From contig NW_021833132.1 in the NCBI RefSeq assembly GCF_006345805.1, positions 1 through 29,619 of the forward strand: a DNA stretch of 29,619 nucleotides, written 5' to 3'. The notes under the pieces are model-generated. The model was given only the letters and a program-made list of their open reading frames with translations, was not told the origin of the DNA and searched no databases. The position numbers were made by a program, and so were the translations under genes. Numbering within the stretch: position 1 is the first letter of the stretch; every line of letters begins with the position of its first letter. Below are positions 9,815 through 20,974 of this stretch, in pieces. Source of the stretch: Octopus sinensis (lineage: Eukaryota).

Positions 9815-10095
9815 TCGTGGTGGTGGTGGTGGAGTGTGGTGTGTGTGGGGGGGGGGTTGATGCTGGTGGTGGTGATGGTAGTGGTGGTCTTAGTGATGGT
9901 GGTGGTGGTGGTGATGGTGGTTTTGGCAATTACGGTGATGGTGGGGATAGGGATGAGGTAATAGTGGTGGTGGTGGTGGTGGTGGAGAGGTGTGGGGGGT
10001 TGATGCTGGTGGTGGTGATGGTAGTGGTGGTGGTGGTGGTGGTGGTGGTGTTACTGATGGTTGTGGTTGTGGTACGGGAGTATAAGGAAGCTGGA
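9815..10095. repeat. (GGT)n low-complexity tract
   Basis: Direct reading. Confidence 0.85.
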
Positions 10096-10097
10096 TG

Positions 10098-10262
10098 GTA
10101 TTGAGTTCAAATTCTGCCAAGGTCAACTTTGCCTTTCATCCTTTCGGGGTCGATTAAATAAGTACCAGTTACGCAGTGGGGTCGATATAATCGACTTAAT
10201 CCGTTTGTCTGTCCTTGTTTGTCCCCTCTCTGTGTTTAGTCCCTTGTGGGCAATAAACAATA
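10098..10262 (+). mobile_element. 5'-truncated SINE-B
   Basis: gagttcaaattctgccaaggtcaactttgcctttcatcctttcggggtcg... through the tail. Confidence 0.8.
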
Positions 10263-10529
10263 TAAGGTATTGGTGTTAGTATTAGGGGTGTCGGTACTTG
10301 TCTAGCAAACAGAGTGTACCAGTTCCAGGTATGGAGTAAGCGTTCATCGTTAAATCAAAATATTTCGTTGTTTAAGGAAGGAACCGTCGGCGTGTATTGA
10401 ATGTCTCTTATGAAAGAGACTCGTTCATGCGTGATAAATCATTGACACGAGAAACGGGTCACTCAGATTGGGTTTCATGAACAGAGACTCGCAACCCACT
10501 ACGGCCATCAGGACCACATTCTTCTCTCT

Positions 10530-10557
10530 TGTTCTTATCTATCTCTATGTCTGCCTG

Positions 10558-10629
<72 letters not shown>

Positions 10630-10727
10630 CCTATCTATCTATGTCTCTGTCTATCTATATATCTGTCTGTCTATCTATCTATATATCTGTCTAGCTATCT
10701 ATCTATCTAATTATCTATCTATGTCTC

Positions 10728-10764
<37 letters not shown>

Positions 10765-11020
10765 GTCTCTCTATCTATCTATCTGTCTGTCTATCTATCT
10801 ATCTATATATCATCTATCTATCTATCTATCTATCTATCTACCTATCTATCTATCTATCTATCTACCTATCTATCTATGTCTCTCTGTCTATCTATATATC
10901 TGTCTGTCTATCTATCTATATATCTGTCTAGCTATCTATCTATCTATCTATGTCTCTCTATCTAATTATCTATCTATGTCTCTCTATCTATCTATGTCTC
11001 TCTATCTATCTATCTGTCTG

Positions 11021-11113
<93 letters not shown>

Positions 11114-11306
11114 ATGTCTATCTATCTCTCTATCTATCTGTCTATCTATCTATCTATTTATCTATCTATATTTCTATCTATCTGTCTGTCTATCTATCTA
11201 TATATCTGTCTATCTATCTATATATCTGTCTATCTATCTATCTATCTATCTATCTATGTCTCTCTGTCTATCTATCTGTATATCTGCCTATCTATCTATA
11301 TATCTG

Positions 11307-11354
<48 letters not shown>

Positions 11355-11415
11355 CCTATCTATGTATCTATCTCTCTATCTATCCATCCTCACGTCTGTC
11401 TGTCTGCTTGCCTGT
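10530..11415. repeat. ~880-bp (TATC)n/(GATA)n tetranucleotide array with higher-order structure
   Basis: TATC runs with recurring variant blocks (ctacctatc...tgtctagctatc near 10627 and 10863). Confidence 0.95.
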
Positions 11416-11812
11416 CTAATATTTTATTCATATATTTTCGCTTATCTTTCTTTGTTATGTCCTCCTGACAATCTGCCCGGGGATCTATTATCAGAAAGAT
11501 GCATTTACTTGAATAAATCACTGAAAGTACATTATAAATTGATATTGCTCAAGAGGTAAATAAATAGGCGGGAAGGGACGACGACGAAGGAGAGAGAGAA
11601 GAGGAAGACGTGAGCGTACAATATGTAAGTGGTGGTGGTAGTGGTAGTAGGAGGTAGAAGGGAGAGGGGTAAAGCGTGAGAGACAGAGGGGGAGGTGGAA
11701 GTGTGGCGGCGAAGGGAAGAAAACGAACGCTGTGAAATGGATTCATGGCGATTCCACACAAATGCATAAACTTGATACAAAGCACTATATATATACATAT
11801 ATATATGTGTGT

Positions 11813-12176
11813 GTGCTGTGTGGTAAGTAGCTTGCTAACCAACTACATGGTTCCGGGTTCAGTCCCACTGCGTGGCATCTTGGGCAAGTGTCTTCTGCTA
11901 TAGCCCCGGGCCGACCAATGCCTTGTGAGTGGATTTGGTAGACGGAAACTGAAAGAAGCCTGTCGTATATATATATATATATGTATGTGTGTGTTTGTGT
12001 GTCTGTGTTTGACAACCGATGCTGGTGTGCTTACGTCCCCGTCACTTAGCGGTTCGGCAAAAGAGACCGATAGAATAAGTACTGGGCTTACAAAGAATAA
12101 GTCCTGGGGTCGATTTGCTCGACTAAAGGCGGTGCTCCAGCATGGCCACAGTCAAATGACTGAACAAGTAAAAGAG

Positions 12177-12177
<1 letters not shown>
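11813..12177 (+). mobile_element. SINE-A
   Basis: Family A match, slightly 5'-clipped. Confidence 0.9.
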
Positions 12178-12214
<37 letters not shown>

Positions 12215-12447
12215 ATATTATATATATATATATCCATAGATAGATATATAATAGAGAGAGAGAGAGAGAGGGGGGATTGTAGTGTAGGTAAACACTCGAG
12301 GAAGCTTGATTCGTGTTCATCTCCATTACCAACCCTTAGAGTAACCCTTGACGATGTGGGCCTTGCCCTCGATGAAGTAGTGGGCGTTAAGTTCAGTAGT
12401 ATGTATTTTTTTATACTGATCTTATGTTGCTTTCACCTACTGACTGC

Positions 12448-12487
<40 letters not shown>

Positions 12488-12489
12488 TA

Positions 12490-12720
12490 TCTCCGACCGT
12501 GGCCGTTGCCAGCCCCGTCTGGCACCTGTGCGGGTGGCACGTAAAAAGCACCCACTACACTCACGGAGTGGTTGGCGTTAGGAAGGGCATCCAGCTGTAG
12601 AAACATTGCCAGATAAGACTGGAGCCTGGTGCAGCCTTCTGGCTTCCCAGATCCCCGGTCGAACCGTCCAACCCATGCTAGCATGGAGAACGGACGTTAA
12701 ACGATGATGATGATGATGAT
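12490..12720 (+). mobile_element. 5'-truncated SINE family D with (GAT)n tail
   Basis: ggtggcacgtaaaaagcaccc...ggcgttaggaagggcatccagctg...gatgatgat; shared with 1-119. Confidence 0.75.
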
Positions 12721-12737
12721 ATATATATATATATATA

Positions 12738-12950
12738 GTTAATCCAAACAAGAAAGCACAAAAAAACACAACAACGCGAGGACGTGGAACAAATATAGTA
12801 TCATTGGACGCTCGGGAAAGAAGGAAAGAAGGAGGGTTTAACATTTCGAGTGGAGCTCTTCGTCGGAAACATAGGAGAAGCAAAGATCAAGAGAAGGAAA
12901 GACAGAGGAATAAAAATCGCCAACGGTACACACGAGGTCACATCTATAGA
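12738..12950 (-). mobile_element. Penelope-type terminal fragment with degenerate hammerhead at 12836-12870
   Basis: Minus strand GUUU CCGACGA A GAG cucca CUC GAAAU GU U AAAC: hammerhead geometry with two substitutions. Confidence 0.45.
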
Positions 12951-13020
12951 TCTATATATATATGCATATGTGGGCACAGGACATCACGAAACGTGTACAA
13001 CAAAAAATACGAAGTACGAG

Positions 13021-13249
13021 TACATGGAATATGAACTATTTCTTCGAACAACGAAATACACAAATGGGAAACAAGACAAACAACATAAAGAACGACCCTT
13101 CATCAGTTGTTGGCTGTTTTTCTGAAATGCTCGAAATACGAGAGAAGAGAAACAGCCAACAACTGACGAAGGGTCGTTCTTTACGTTGTTTGTCTTGTTT
13201 TCCATGTGTGCCTTTCGTTGCTCGAAGAAATAGTTCATATTCCATGCAC
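13021..13249. repeat. ~100-bp-arm fold-back inverted repeat with 22-nt loop
   Basis: catggaatatgaactatttcttcga...ggctgtttttct / agagaaacagcc...tcgaagaaatagttcatattccatg. Confidence 0.85.
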
Positions 13250-13261
13250 ATGCCTATGCCA

Positions 13262-13621
13262 TACTCTTTTACATGTTTCAGTCATTTGACTGCGACCATG
13301 CTGGAGCACCGCTTTTAGTCGAGCAAATCGACCCCGGGACTTATTCTTTGTAAGCCAGGTACTTATTCAATCGGTCTCTTTTGCCGAACCGCTAAGTGAC
13401 GGGGACGTAAACACACCAGCATCGGTTGTCAAGCAATGCTAGGGGTACACACACAAACACATACACATACATACACATATATATATATATACATATATAC
13501 GACAGGCTTCTTTCAGTTTCCGTCAACCAAATCCACTCACAAGGCTTTGGTCGGCCCGAGGCTGTAGCAGAAGACACTTGCCCAAGGTACCACGCAGTGG
13601 GACTGAACCCGGAACCATGTT
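13262..13621 (-). mobile_element. SINE-A lacking its extreme head
   Basis: Reverse complement of family A. Confidence 0.9.
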
Positions 13622-13714
13622 TATTAATTTTTTCCGTTTTGTATGATTTGTTAATGAGATGTTTAATCTTTTCGGAGTTGGAGGAGATAACCAACAGGAC
13701 CGATATTTTTCGTA

Positions 13715-13772
13715 CAACGGTGGAGTGATAACCCAATTTTTTTAATGAGGGTGAGTTCACCAAAAAGTACCC
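13715..13772. mobile_element. Solo Merlin-type right end
   Basis: gataacccaatttttttaat...caccaaaaagtaccc, reverse complement of the gggtactttttggt TIR at 2122. Confidence 0.5.
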
Positions 13773-14049
13773 AAAGTGCAGTGAGTAGCTTGTTTCCCAG
13801 TTCGAAAGTGCATCATGCATATTTGTGCTGATAATAAATAACATTACAATTCTGCTCTGTAATTTATTTACGGTGAGCCGCCATATAGCGCTACCAGCCA
13901 TTTTATGGTGACTGGAAAAGCAGAAGAGGGTCAATCTCTTCCATCCGCTCATAGCGTCATCTGCCTAATGTCTGTGACCGAAGAGGAGATAACTGCTCTG
14001 AAATGCTGGTATCTCACAGGTGGCGCTGCGAACTGATCTAGGTGTATAC

Positions 14050-14432
14050 TAATGGAAGCACTCCGTCGGTTACGACGACGAGGGTTCCGGTTGATCCGAA
14101 TCAACGGAACAGCCTGCTCGTGAAATTAACGTGTAAGTGGCTGAGCACTCCACAGACACGTGTACCCTTAACGTAGTTCTCTGGGATATTCAGCGTGACA
14201 CAGAGAGTGACAAGGCCGGCCCTTTGAAAACAGAAACAGGAAGTAAGAATGAGAGAAAGTTGTGGTGAAAGAGTACAGAAGGGATCACCACCATCCCCTG
14301 CCGGAGCCTCGTGGAGCTTTAGGTGATTTCGCTCAATAAACACTCAAAACGCCCGGTCTGGGAATCGAAACCGCGATCCTATGACCGCGAGTCCGCTGCC
14401 CTAATCACTGGGCCATTGCGCCTCCACTATCA
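14050..14432 (-). mobile_element. tRNA-derived SINE family C, full length, 10-bp TSD
   Basis: Minus head gtggaggcgcaatggcccagtgattagggcagcggactcgcggtcataggatcgcggtttcgattccc; TSD aggtgtatac at 14040-14049 and 14433-14442. Confidence 0.9.
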
Positions 14433-14534
14433 AGGTGTATACACAGCATTTGTCAACAAGCAAGATATATTTTCCGTGACAAAACGGTAGTGTGTGGCTT
14501 CTTCCCCAGTTCGAACGCGCATCAAGCATATTTG

Positions 14535-14733
14535 AACTCTTTTACTTGCTTCAGTCATTTGGCTGTGGCCACGCTGGAGCACCGCCTTTAGTCGAGCAAA
14601 TCGAACCCAGGACTTAATTCTTTGGAAGCCTAGTACTTATTCTATCGGTTAATCTTTTGCTGAACCGCTAAGTCACAGGAACGTAAACACACCGGCAACG
14701 GTTGTCAAGCGATGTTAGGGGGACAATGACAGA

Positions 14734-14765
<32 letters not shown>
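14535..14765 (-). mobile_element. SINE-A 3' half
   Basis: Diverged reverse complement of the family A tail. Confidence 0.8.
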
Positions 14766-14776
<11 letters not shown>

Positions 14777-14915
14777 GTGTTGTATTTCGGAATGGTCATT
14801 TTGCCAGTTTAGCCACACACTACCGTTTTGTCACGGAAAATATATCTTGCTTGTTGACAAATGCTGTGTATACACCTAGATCAGTTCACAGCGCCACCTG
14901 TGAGATACTAGCATT

Positions 14916-16009
14916 TACATATATACGACGGGCTTCTTTCAGTTTCCATCTACCAAATCCACTGACAAAGCTTTGGTCGGCCCAAGGCTATAGTAGAAGA
15001 CACTTGCCCAAGGTGCCACGCTGTGGAAATGAACCCGGAACCATCTGGTTGGTAAGCAAGCTAATAACATTGCAATTTCATTTATCACTGCTCAGCTCCT
15101 CATCCCTACTCCGTAACACTCTCTCTTTTACTCTTTTACTTGTTTCAGTCATTTGACTGCGGCCATGCTGGAGCACCGCCTTTAGTCGGGCAAATCGACC
15201 CCGGGACTTATTCTTTGTAAGCCCAGTACTTATTCTATCGGTCTCTTTTGCCGAACCGCTAAGTGACGGCGACGTAAACACACCATCATCGGTTGTCAAG
15301 CAATGCTAGGGGGACAAACACAGACACACAAACATATACACACACACACTTATATATATATATACATATATACGACAGGCTTCTTTCAGTTTCCGTCTAC
15401 CAAATCCACTCACAAGGCTTTGGTCGGCCCGAGGCTATAGCAGAAGACACTTGCCCAAGATGCCACGCAGTGGGACTGAACCCGGAACCATGTGGTTGGT
15501 AAGCAAGCTAATAACATTGCAATTTCATTTATCACTGCTCAGCTCCTCATCCCTACTCCGTAACACTCTCTCTTTTACTCTTTTACTTGTTTCAGTCATT
15601 TGACTGCGGCCATGCTGGAGCACCGCCTTTAGTCGGGCAAATCGACCCCGGGACTTATTCTTTGTAAGCCCAGTACTTATTCTATCGGTCTCTTTTGCCG
15701 AACCGCTAAGTGACGGCGACGTAAACACACCATCATCGGTTGTCAAGCAATGCTAGGGGGACAAACACAGACACACAAACATATACACACACACACTTAT
15801 ATATATATATACATATATACGACAGGCTTCTTTCAGTTTCCGTCTACCAAATCTACTCACAAAGCATTGGTCGGCCTGAGGCTATAGCAGAAGACACTTG
15901 CCCAAGATGCCACGCAGTGGGACTGAACCCGGAACCATCTGGTTGGTAAGCAAGCTAATAACATTGCAATTTCATTTATCGCTGCTCAGCTCCTCACCCC
16001 AACTCCGTA
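14916..16009 (-). repeat. 447-bp tandem duplication (~2.4 copies) of SINE-A plus a unique spacer
   Basis: ggtaagcaagctaataacattgcaatttc at 15051, 15498 and 15945. Confidence 0.92.
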
Positions 16010-16384
16010 ATATGGAAAGTATATTAAGGACACAGAGTGCTCCCCCTCTGTGACAGCCCCTTCGGTCCTATTGTCCACTATATTGTCCAGTCATTGCTGT
16101 TTTCTGACTCACTGGTTATTATAATCGTCGAGATCGACATTGTTATCAAGTCAAGCGTTTCAAAGCATGCTGTTATTATTATTTGTGCAGTGTCAACATT
16201 TGGTATTGTTTCAGCTACAAACTCTACGAGATTTCTGTTTGATTTATTCGGAAGATGAAATGACGAACCGAAAGGGGCTCAAGTATTCGTCAGCCCCCAT
16301 CTTTGTACTGTCTCGCTTACTCCCTTCCATCATCATCATCATCATCATCGACGTCGGGTTTTAAAACTAACAGCAGCAGTAGTA

Positions 16385-16645
16385 CTGTTACCACCACCAC
16401 CACCACCGCCACTACCACCACAATCGCCGCCATCAGCAACACCAGCACCACGTCACCACCACCAGCTACTGCCACCACTAACACCACCACCGCCACTCCC
16501 ATCGTTATTACCACCACCACCACCACCACCACAATCGCCGCCATCAGCAACACCAGCACCACGTCACCACCACCAGCTACTGCCACCACTAACACCACCG
16601 CCACTCCCATCGTTATTACCAGCACCAACACCACCACCACCGTCA
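16385..16645. repeat. (ACC)n-rich tract with 111-bp internal duplication
   Basis: caatcgccgccatcagcaacaccagcacc at 16421 and 16532. Confidence 0.85.
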
Positions 16646-16653
16646 ATACTACC

Positions 16654-16884
16654 TATTTCTTTATTACCCACAAGGGGCTAAACACAGAGGGGACAAACAA
16701 GGACAGACAAACGGATTAAGTCGATTGCATCGACCCCAGTGCGAAACTGGTACTTTATTTATCGACCCCGAAAGGATGAAAGGCAAAGTCGACCTCGACG
16801 GAATTTGAACTCACAACGTAACGGCAGATGAAATACCACTGAGCATTTGGACCGGCGTGTTAACGTTTCTGCCAGGTTACCACC
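16654..16884 (-). mobile_element. SINE-B monomer with candidate 6-bp TSD actacc
   Basis: Reverse complement of family B; actacc at 16648-16653 and 16885-16890. Confidence 0.8.
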
Positions 16885-17565
16885 ACTACCAACGCCATTG
16901 ACTTTCCTTGGAGATAGATGCGTTAATGAGGGCAGCTTGAACGTGCCCGCTTCCAGCAATAGCAGCCAAATGCCCCTTAAATAGCACCAACTTAAAGAAA
17001 GGCACAATACTTGCAAAACAAAAATAAAGCCAGCAGCATTGTCTTAATTGGAATTCCATTCGTCTTGTCGTGGCTTTCATGGAGAAAAGTTCAACAACAG
17101 CGGATTACATTTAATCAAGTCATTCTCTCGTCTGCTTTAACCTTCTATTCTAATCTAATATTATTAAGTTAAATCTAACTTAAATAGTTTTCTCTTGGTT
17201 AATTACAAGGTGAATTATCGACATAGAAGATGTATTTACTTGATTTTCACATCTACGTTCGTCTGTGAACCACAGCCATTATTGTGTCGTCTGCCATTGA
17301 AGAAGGATCATCGTTACTAAGATCACAGATCACACACTGACCATGAATGACGGATCGCTTGGCTATTACAAAGATTACTAACCAAATATATCAATAAATA
17401 CTGAAGTTAATCTTATAGGATAACTAATTGAACAGATTAGAGATTGCTAGAGTGTAGAATCTGTTATTGTTTTGAATGGGAGAGGAGTGGGAATGAGTGA
17501 TGGAGGTGTCGAGAGGTCAACGGATCAGAATAGCAATATGTACACACACACACACACACACACAT

Positions 17566-18012
17566 AGGCGCAGGTTTGACTGTGTGGTAAGAAGCTTGCA
17601 TCCTGGCAAAATGGTTCCGGGTTCAGTCCCACTGCGTGGCACCTTAGGCAAGGGTCTACTACTATAGCCTCGGGCCAACCAAGGCCTTGTGAGTGGATTT
17701 GGTGGACGGAAACTGAATATATGTATGTATGTATGTATGTATGCGCGCACACACGTGCATGCATTCATTCATGTGCGCGCGTGTGCATCTTTGTGTCTGT
17801 GTTTGTCTCCCCACTACCACTTGACAACCGGCGTTGGTATGTCTACGTCCCCGTAACTTAGCAGTTCGGCAAAAGAGATCGATTGAATAAGTACCAGGCT
17901 TACAAAAAAAAAAAAAAGTACTGGGATCGATTCATTCGACTAAAAAATTCTTTAAAACAGTGCCCCAGCCTGACCGCAGTCTAATAACAGAAAGAAGTAA
18001 AAGATAAAAGAT
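17566..18012 (+). mobile_element. Diverged SINE-A
   Basis: Family A head, body and tail with many substitutions. Confidence 0.85.
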
Positions 18013-18084
18013 ATATAGTTATTTGCAGGATCGAATGGAATCGAGGTATTTTAATAACAAAATCCCTCCAAGGTAGAGTCATTC

Positions 18085-18196
18085 CGAGTTCTTTTACAGG
18101 GGTTAGAAAAACTGAAGGACCACAGCAATAATTATGTAAATATGAGAGGGGAATATCTTTATATATAAAAGTAAGGTTGTGTGTCTGTCTACTCCG
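18085..18196 (+). mobile_element. Mariner-MITE fragment plus Helitron 5' end (inverted relative to 19731-19850)
   Basis: cag ggg tta gaa aaa ctg aag gac...ggg gaa ta|tctttatatataaaag; encodes a QGLEKLKDH..V..RGEY mariner C-terminal remnant. Confidence 0.7.
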
Positions 18197-18308
18197 CCAA
18201 GGTCCACTTAATACCTATGTCTGTCCCCTCTGTCTTTAGCCCCTTGTGGGTAATAAAGAAATAGGTATTTAATTTATCAACTTCGAAATGATGAAAGGCA
18301 AAGTCAAT
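18197..18308. mobile_element. SINE-B 3' end (+) joined to a minus-strand SINE-B piece
   Basis: aaagaaata|ggtatttaatttatcaacttcgaaatgatgaaaggcaaagtc. Confidence 0.65.
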
Positions 18309-19299
18309 AATTCTAAATAAGTAATTAAATAAAGAAAACATTCAAGAATTTTTTGCAGACATGCTGATCATTTAACAGAAGAAAAAAAGGACAAAGTCCT
18401 GGTGATGAGGTCGCAGTTGGTGCGACGAAAACTGACCGTAAATAATAAATGTCTAAATGAAGTTAATAGTGTTTGTGTTTCTGAATGGCTAACCTGTGTC
18501 TTCCACAAATCAAATAATTTTTTCTAGTAAATGTACCTCCAAAATTCATGTATTTTTATTCCGGAAAAGCCTTCGCTAGTGTTGGTAATTTAATCTCAAC
18601 AAAAATCTAAAGTTTGCTTTGCGACGACTGACATTTTGGCGATATGGTCGTGTGTTGGTTAGACAACTTATATCTTTAAATCTCTTCTTCAATTCCAAAC
18701 TTATACAACTATATCTTTTAATCTTTCCCCTCGTATCATACTGTGATATTTCTATGTCTTCCTTAATAAAAACATACAAATCAGGCAGACAATTCATTTT
18801 TATCAACTTTCTCACAATCAAGGCGGAAGCGAATGGCTTCCATTTTTATATATATATATATATATTTTGTTATCAATTCATCAAACAAATCGTGATTTTT
18901 GTACATAGTATTTATTACACAACAAACTCCCTTTTATTATTATCCCGACTGCCCTCTTTTTTTTATTTTATTTTCTTGTATGAAACTCTGGTCGCTTAGC
19001 TAAACAAAACAAGTCTTGTGAATGGAGCTCATTGTTTGGTCGAGGTTTCTAGGGAGCTGACATCGTTTTTATAAGATATTCGTTGAAAGCAATTGTCAGT
19101 TTTGGTTTCATTCATAGAAACTAAAGGATTAACCCGATTAAATATCTACTGTTAACTGATTCTGTTATAATACGTTTAAATCCAATGACACGACTACTGA
19201 CGTCAGTAACATGTTTTGGCGAACAATAAATGAAACGTTGCTAACTTCAGCATTATATATAAACCTGTCTGTCTGTCTATCTATCTATCTGTCTGTCTA

Positions 19300-19911
19300 C
19301 GAGGAGTGCTAAAAAGTCCCTGGCTCTGGGTAAAAGAAAGTATAGGAGGACCAGTTAAATATGATCTTATTCAATACTAGCAGTATCGCCCGGCGTTGCT
19401 CGGGTTTGTAAGGGAAATAACTATATAAGCATTTTTAGAGAGTTATAGCCAAAAAATAGCAAAAAATGCATTAAAAATGGGAAAAAAATGATGGTAAATT
19501 TTTTTAAAATCGTTGACTCATCGTAGACATTTTTAGAGAGTTACTTCCCTTATATAATAGCGAAAAATGCATTAAAATGGAAAAAAATGATGGTAAATTT
19601 TTTTTTAAATCGTAGACTCATCGTAGACGCACGCTAATACCCAGAAGGGCTCGATATGAATCACGACTATAAGATACCCGGTTTTGGTTAAACTGCACCG
19701 CAAAATGTGGGAGTAGTTAGGAATCTAAATCGTAGGAGACAGACACACAACTTGACTTTTATATATAAAGATATTCCTTTCTCAAATTCACACACTTATT
19801 GCAGTGGTCCTTCAGTTTTTCTAAGCCCTGTAAAAGAACTTGAAAGGTTGGGCTTTCAACAAAGCCTTTCACGATACCCTTAAAGCCAGGACCTTTCCAT
19901 AGTACCCCCTC
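19300..19911 (-). mobile_element. Mariner-derived MITE with TA TSD hosting a Helitron
   Basis: TIRs ta|cgaggagtgctaaaaagtccctggct and agccaggacctttccatagtacccctca|ta; the empty site reads KCVNLRKEYIE*. Confidence 0.75.
19377..19771 (-). mobile_element. Non-autonomous Helitron
   Basis: Minus strand 5'-TC...CCCGAGCAACGCCGGG hairpin...CTAG-3', inserted between A and T without TSD; internal ~100-bp tandem duplication. Confidence 0.85.
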
Positions 19912-20016
19912 ATATCTGTCTATCTACCCAACTATCTTTTCATCAAATATATATTCACGATTACAGATGTTTCGTTTGTTATCAGGAATTACGAAATTGA
20001 ACATGTCGGATAAAGA

Positions 20017-20112
20017 TGTAAAAAAATTTGTATTAGAAATTTTTCAAACAGAGAATCAAATAATATTATTTGATCCTCTGTCTGAAGAATTTCTAATAGG
20101 AGATGTCTTACA
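20017..20112. repeat. 96-bp spacerless imperfect palindrome
   Basis: Centre aataat|attatt at 20064/20065; arms pair out to tgtaa/ttaca. Confidence 0.8.
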
Positions 20113-20124
20113 CGTTTTCTACTA

Positions 20125-20533
20125 CTCTCTTTTACTCTTTTACTTGTTTCAGTCATTTGACTGCGGCCATGCTGGAGCACCGCCTTTAGTCGAGCAACTC
20201 GACTCCGGGACTTATTCTTTTTGTAAGCCCAGTACTTATTCTATTGTTCTCTTTTGCCGAACCACTAAGTGACGGGGACATAAACACACCAGCATCGGTT
20301 GTCAAGCAATGCTAGGGGACAAACACAGACACACAAACACAAATATATATATATATACATACATATATACGACGGGCTTCTTTCAGTTTCCGTCTACCAA
20401 ATCCACTCACAAGGCTTTGGTCGGCCCGAGGCTATAGTAGAAGACACTTGCCCAAGGTGCCATGCTGTGGGACTGAACCCGGAACCATGCGGTTGGTAGA
20501 CAAGCTACTTACCACACAGCCACTCCTGCGCCT
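20125..20533 (-). mobile_element. SINE-A, full length
   Basis: Reverse complement of family A. Confidence 0.9.
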
Positions 20534-20939
20534 GTACAATTTTATAAGTCTTTGTAATCGCAACAGTTTCCCAGATTCTTCACCCCAGCAATTAATCTCT
20601 TCCCCGTCTTCAACAACCTTGGTATTCTCAGTTTAAAACGACAACGCCCACCAACTTCTGGTTTTGTAAGGAAGACGATACGGTTGAGCTGTCGGCCATT
20701 GAATTTGTTTTATTGACGAAGATCTATAAGTGTGATAGATAATTCCTGCTTTCTTTCATTTCTGTTCTCTGCTGTATATTGTACGATTGCCTGTCCTTGG
20801 ACAGTTTCAGTTATATATTGAACTAGCGTGGGTGTGGTTGTTACTTTCTATTGCTTCCTTTCTGTTCCTTATCGCCACATTCTCCTTCTTTCTTTCTCTC
20901 TCACTTTCCCACTCTCTTACTCTTCCTCGCTTTCTCTTA

Positions 20940-20974
<35 letters not shown>

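Noticed and set aside
10529-11468. 296-aa and 172-aa ORFs
   Set aside because: Translations of (TATC)n giving (YLSI)n.
14330-14432. tRNA genes (also 25020-25115 and 6700-7215)
   Set aside because: tRNA-like SINE heads continuous with SINE bodies and bounded by TSDs or nested insertions.
15293-15949. Recurrent peptide DRLLSVSVYQIHSQGFGRPEAIAEDTCPR as a multigene family
   Set aside because: It is an incidental reading frame of SINE-A, seen at every copy.
16210-16285. Possible small host exon (tttcag|CTACAAACT...GGGCTCAA|gtatt)
   Set aside because: Weak donor site and no recognisable protein similarity; RNA-seq would be needed.
18576-18999. Overlapping 81-aa and 126-aa ORFs in unique AT-rich DNA
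   Set aside because: No recognisable motif, and they include a (TA)n tract.
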